Positions 61,394 through 64,000 of a stretch of DNA of 64,000 nt are shown one piece after another; positions within the stretch are counted from its first letter, which is position 1, and every line of letters begins with the position of its first letter. Location: the NCBI GenBank assembly GCA_043821705.1, contig JBDRCN010000045.1, forward strand, positions 22,400-86,399, written 5' to 3'. This DNA comes from Candidatus Omnitrophota bacterium. GTDB taxonomy: Bacteria > Omnitrophota > Gorgyraeia > Gorgyraeales > Gorgyraeaceae. The notes under the pieces were generated by a model. The model had not been told where the DNA came from. It saw only the letters and a program-made list of their open reading frames with translations, and did no database searches. The translations under genes were made by a program, and so were the position numbers.

Positions 61394-62680
61394 TTATACA
61401 TTCTTATAAATATTTTTAAAATGCTGAGTTCTTTTTATGGCAGAATCTTTGCTGTAAACTTTTTTGTAAATTTCAAATAGTCCTTTTTGTAATTCATTTG
61501 GAGTCATATTAGCTGGCATAAAATTTACATCCAAAAATGTATAATTATCCCATGTTTTAGATAATAACCTATTTTCATTTTTTAGTCTATCGCGTAGTCT
61601 AGTTCCAGGTAAAGGGGTTAGAATGGTAATCTGAGCTGCATACAGTTTATTATCAACTATGAAATCAGAAGTTTTTTTAAAAACAGTTTTGTCATCATTA
61701 TCAAATCCTACCATAAAAGCTCCCATAATCCCTATTCCATATGATTGAATTTTTCTTATATGTTCTTTATATTTAAGCACTCTTTTATATTTAAAATTGG
61801 TTTTATCTGTTCCTTCTACATTTTTCTTGTTTATAGTCTCAAACCCTATAAAAAGAATTTTACATCCTGACTTTTTTAACTTTTTTAATAAATTATCATC
61901 TTCCGCTATAGATACATCTGTTTGAGCAAACCATCTTATTTTTAATGGTATTAAGGCGTTTACTAGCTGAACAGCATATTTACGATCCATAAATATATTA
62001 TCATCAGCAAAGCTTATTTGAGGAAATCTCCATATTTTCTTAACTAGCTTTATCTCTTCAATAATTTGTTCAACTTTTCTATGCCTAATTTGCAACCCAA
62101 ATATTTTAGATGCTGAACAAAAATCACAGTCAATTGGACAGCCTCTGGAAGTCTGTATCCAAACTACACTATAATTTTCTTTATTAACTAAATCATACCT
62201 AGGGAGAGGTATTTTAGTTAGATCTACCGGACGATCGCTTTTATAGAATGTTTTAAGGCTGTTATTATTAAAATCTAATAAAATATCTGACCATATATTT
62301 TCTGCTTCTCCTATAACTACGCTATCAGCATGTTCCTTAGCTTCTTCCGGCAATAAAGTAGCATGAACCCCGCCTATTATTACCTTTATATTCTTTTTAC
62401 GGAAAAAATCTCCTATTTCATAGGCTCTTTTAGCCTGTTGAGTCATGCATGTAATAGCTACTAAATCATAATGTTCATCAAAATTTATCTGATCGAAATT
62501 TTCATCTACAAATGTTAGCTTATATGACTGAGGTGTTAATGAAGCAATTATCAGTAGATTAGAACTAAACCCTGTTAAAGACTTTCTATAACTAAATGTC
62601 TCCAAAGATTTATTCCAAAAATTTACTAACTTTTTATTTTTACTTAAAATACCTTTTGGGGATATTAGTCCGATTTTCAT
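61394..62680 (-). CDS. B12-binding domain radical SAM protein
   Basis: IIGGVHATLLPEEA, GEAE, RGCPIDCDFC, DDN, IGFE, TPLPGT. Confidence 0.92.
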   Translation of the reverse strand: MKIGLISPKGILSKNKKLVNFWNKSLETFSYRKSLTGFSSNLLIIASLTPQSYKLTFVDENFDQINFDEHYDLVAITCMTQQAKRAYEIGDFFRKKNIKVIIGGVHATLLPEEAKEHADSVVIGEAENIWSDILLDFNNNSLKTFYKSDRPVDLTKIPLPRYDLVNKENYSVVWIQTSRGCPIDCDFCSASKIFGLQIRHRKVEQIIEEIKLVKKIWRFPQISFADDNIFMDRKYAVQLVNALIPLKIRWFAQTDVSIAEDDNLLKKLKKSGCKILFIGFETINKKNVEGTDKTNFKYKRVLKYKEHIRKIQSYGIGIMGAFMVGFDNDDKTVFKKTSDFIVDNKLYAAQITILTPLPGTRLRDRLKNENRLLSKTWDNYTFLDVNFMPANMTPNELQKGLFEIYKKVYSKDSAIKRTQHFKNIYKNV

Positions 62681-62968
62681 TTATTTATTCTCTTTTGGTG
62701 AGGGGTTTTCTTTTACATATTCTGTTACCATATCAATAAGGTCTTTTACAGTAACTATATTAAGCGCTTTTGCTTCATCTAAGACTATGTCTAAACGAGT
62801 CTCTACGGCAGCTAATATCTCTACAGAAGCCAAAGAATCAAAGCCTAAGTCATTTCTTATATCTACGCTTTCTTCAACTTCATTAGGATTTACATTAGCT
62901 ACTTCTGCTATTAATTCTTTAACATACTTTCTTATATCAGTTTTTCTGTTACTCTTTTTATTAGCCAC
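62681..62968 (-). CDS. Acyl carrier protein
   Basis: DLGFDSLASVEIL phosphopantetheine motif, TVKDLI. Confidence 0.88.
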   Translation of the reverse strand: MANKKSNRKTDIRKYVKELIAEVANVNPNEVEESVDIRNDLGFDSLASVEILAAVETRLDIVLDEAKALNIVTVKDLIDMVTEYVKENPSPKENK

Positions 62969-63079
62969 AGTTGCGCCCTTTCTATATATAAATTACATAG
63001 CTCCTATTAATATATATGTATTATGAAGTTTACCCTATAATCCCTAAAAATACAACACTAACCCCTTTTGGGCACCACT

Positions 63080-63109
63080 CTAGCTCCGGGTTCTAGAACC
63101 CGGAGCTAG
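63080..63109. repeat. Perfect 30-bp palindrome
   Basis: ctagctccgggttctagaacccggagctag equals its own reverse complement. Confidence 0.9.
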
Positions 63110-63203
63110 GTAGGCCGCTGCTAGATGGGGACAGGTTCCCCCTTGCGAGGTAGACGGTCCCAAATAGATTGATAAAATCCTTCACTACCTATATAATAGG
63201 GCT

Positions 63204-64000
63204 ATGTATAAAGCTGGGAAAGTTAGTATAGTCGGCAGGCCGAATGTCGGAAAATCAACGCTACTAAATGCATTGGTCAAGGAAAAGGTCTGCATAGTCT
63301 CTAGTAAACCTGAGACTACTAGAGATAACATACAGGGCATAATATCAGGGAAAGAATTTCAGGTAGTCTTTATTGACACGCCTGGTATGCATAAACCTAA
63401 GACCCTTCTGGGTAAATCAATGGTCAGAAGAGCCTCTTCCACTTTTCTCGAAGCTGACATAATACTTTTACTGATCGATGCCCACTCTGGAATAAATCAA
63501 GAAGATAGAAGGATCATCCAAGAGCTTTCTGAAAAACCAGTCTTTTTAATAATAAATAAAATAGACAGGATCGAGACACGCTTCATATTGCCTATCATTG
63601 AAGAAGCGTCTAAATATTCTTTTAAGGAGATAATACCTATATCAGCTTCCAAACAAAACGGCACTGATCTTGTATTTAAAACCATATTAAAATATCTGCC
63701 TGAGGGTTACCCTATATTCCCAGAAGATCAATTAAGCGATAAGAGCGAACGGTTCTTCGTACAAGAATTGATAAGGGAAAAAATATTAGGGCTCACGCAT
63801 CAGGAAGTCCCTCATTCTATTGCAGTGCTCACAGAAGAGATGGAAGAAAGAAAAAATAGAGCAAATAAAGACATCTATTATATAAGAACCACTATATATG
63901 TGGAAAAAGACAGCCAAAAATCCATTATCATAGGTAAAAAAGGTGATATGCTTAAAAGAATAGGTGAACTTTCTAGAAAAGAGATAGAAGATTTACTGCA
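63204..64000 (+). CDS. era: GTPase Era (3' truncated by window; absent from ORF track)
   Basis: MYKAGKVSIVGRPNVGKSTLLN, KPETTRD, DTPG, NKID, ELIREK...QEVPH, SQKSIIIGKKG. Confidence 0.96.
   Translation, partial: MYKAGKVSIVGRPNVGKSTLLNALVKEKVCIVSSKPETTRDNIQGIISGKEFQVVFIDTPGMHKPKTLLGKSMVRRASSTFLEADIILLLIDAHSGINQEDRRIIQELSEKPVFLIINKIDRIETRFILPIIEEASKYSFKEIIPISASKQNGTDLVFKTILKYLPEGYPIFPEDQLSDKSERFFVQELIREKILGLTHQEVPHSIAVLTEEMEERKNRANKDIYYIRTTIYVEKDSQKSIIIGKKGDMLKRIGELSRKEIEDLL

Noticed and set aside
31414-63685. Short ORFs antisense or out of frame to nrdJ, bat, helicase, NSS, oxidoreductase, nadE, kinase and era (including 51288-51596)
   Set aside because: They overlap well-supported genes and have no independent coding signal.
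1-64000. tRNA, rRNA, transposase or integrase genes; cobalamin riboswitch before nrdJ
   Set aside because: None recognised by eye; the nrdJ upstream region is short and explained by the promoter and NrdR boxes. A covariance-model scan would be needed to exclude small RNAs.

Overview
AT-rich bacterial chromosomal window, most consistent with Omnitrophota (inferred from the giant-protein N-terminus and gene content; not verified). The left half (1-30555, minus strand) is one uninterrupted giant ORF of at least 10,185 codons that runs off the window edge and is missing from the ORF track. It begins with a signal-peptide-like segment and a QDLH...RD..M...GGFH (TraB/TIKI/EreA-like) domain. It then carries a duplicated HExxH-peptidase + SAM-methyltransferase unit flanking a histidine-kinase ATPase and an LMW-phosphatase-like domain, followed by a transglutaminase-like + TPR unit. 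After that come about 9 cassettes, each opened by a D[ST]GS[LI]xPD motif, with variable cargo: zincins, caspase-like and C39-like proteases, CBM-like sandwiches, DUF4116 repeats and a possible beta-barrel. Many segments are near-identical DNA repeats. The gene has a consensus sigma70 promoter and a structured leader containing a uORF. The right half is mostly housekeeping: dcd, a class II RNR (nrdJ) with two homing-endonuclease inteins and tandem NrdR boxes, a moxR-DUF58-batABCDE operon carrying heptamer repeats and small palindromic elements (one in-frame MITE in the BatC signal peptide), htpX, a UvrD-nuclease, an NSS transporter with a small partner ORF, nadE, an ACP / B12-radical SAM / membrane sensor-kinase trio, and a partial era. 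All domain calls are by-eye motif readings; no searches were run.
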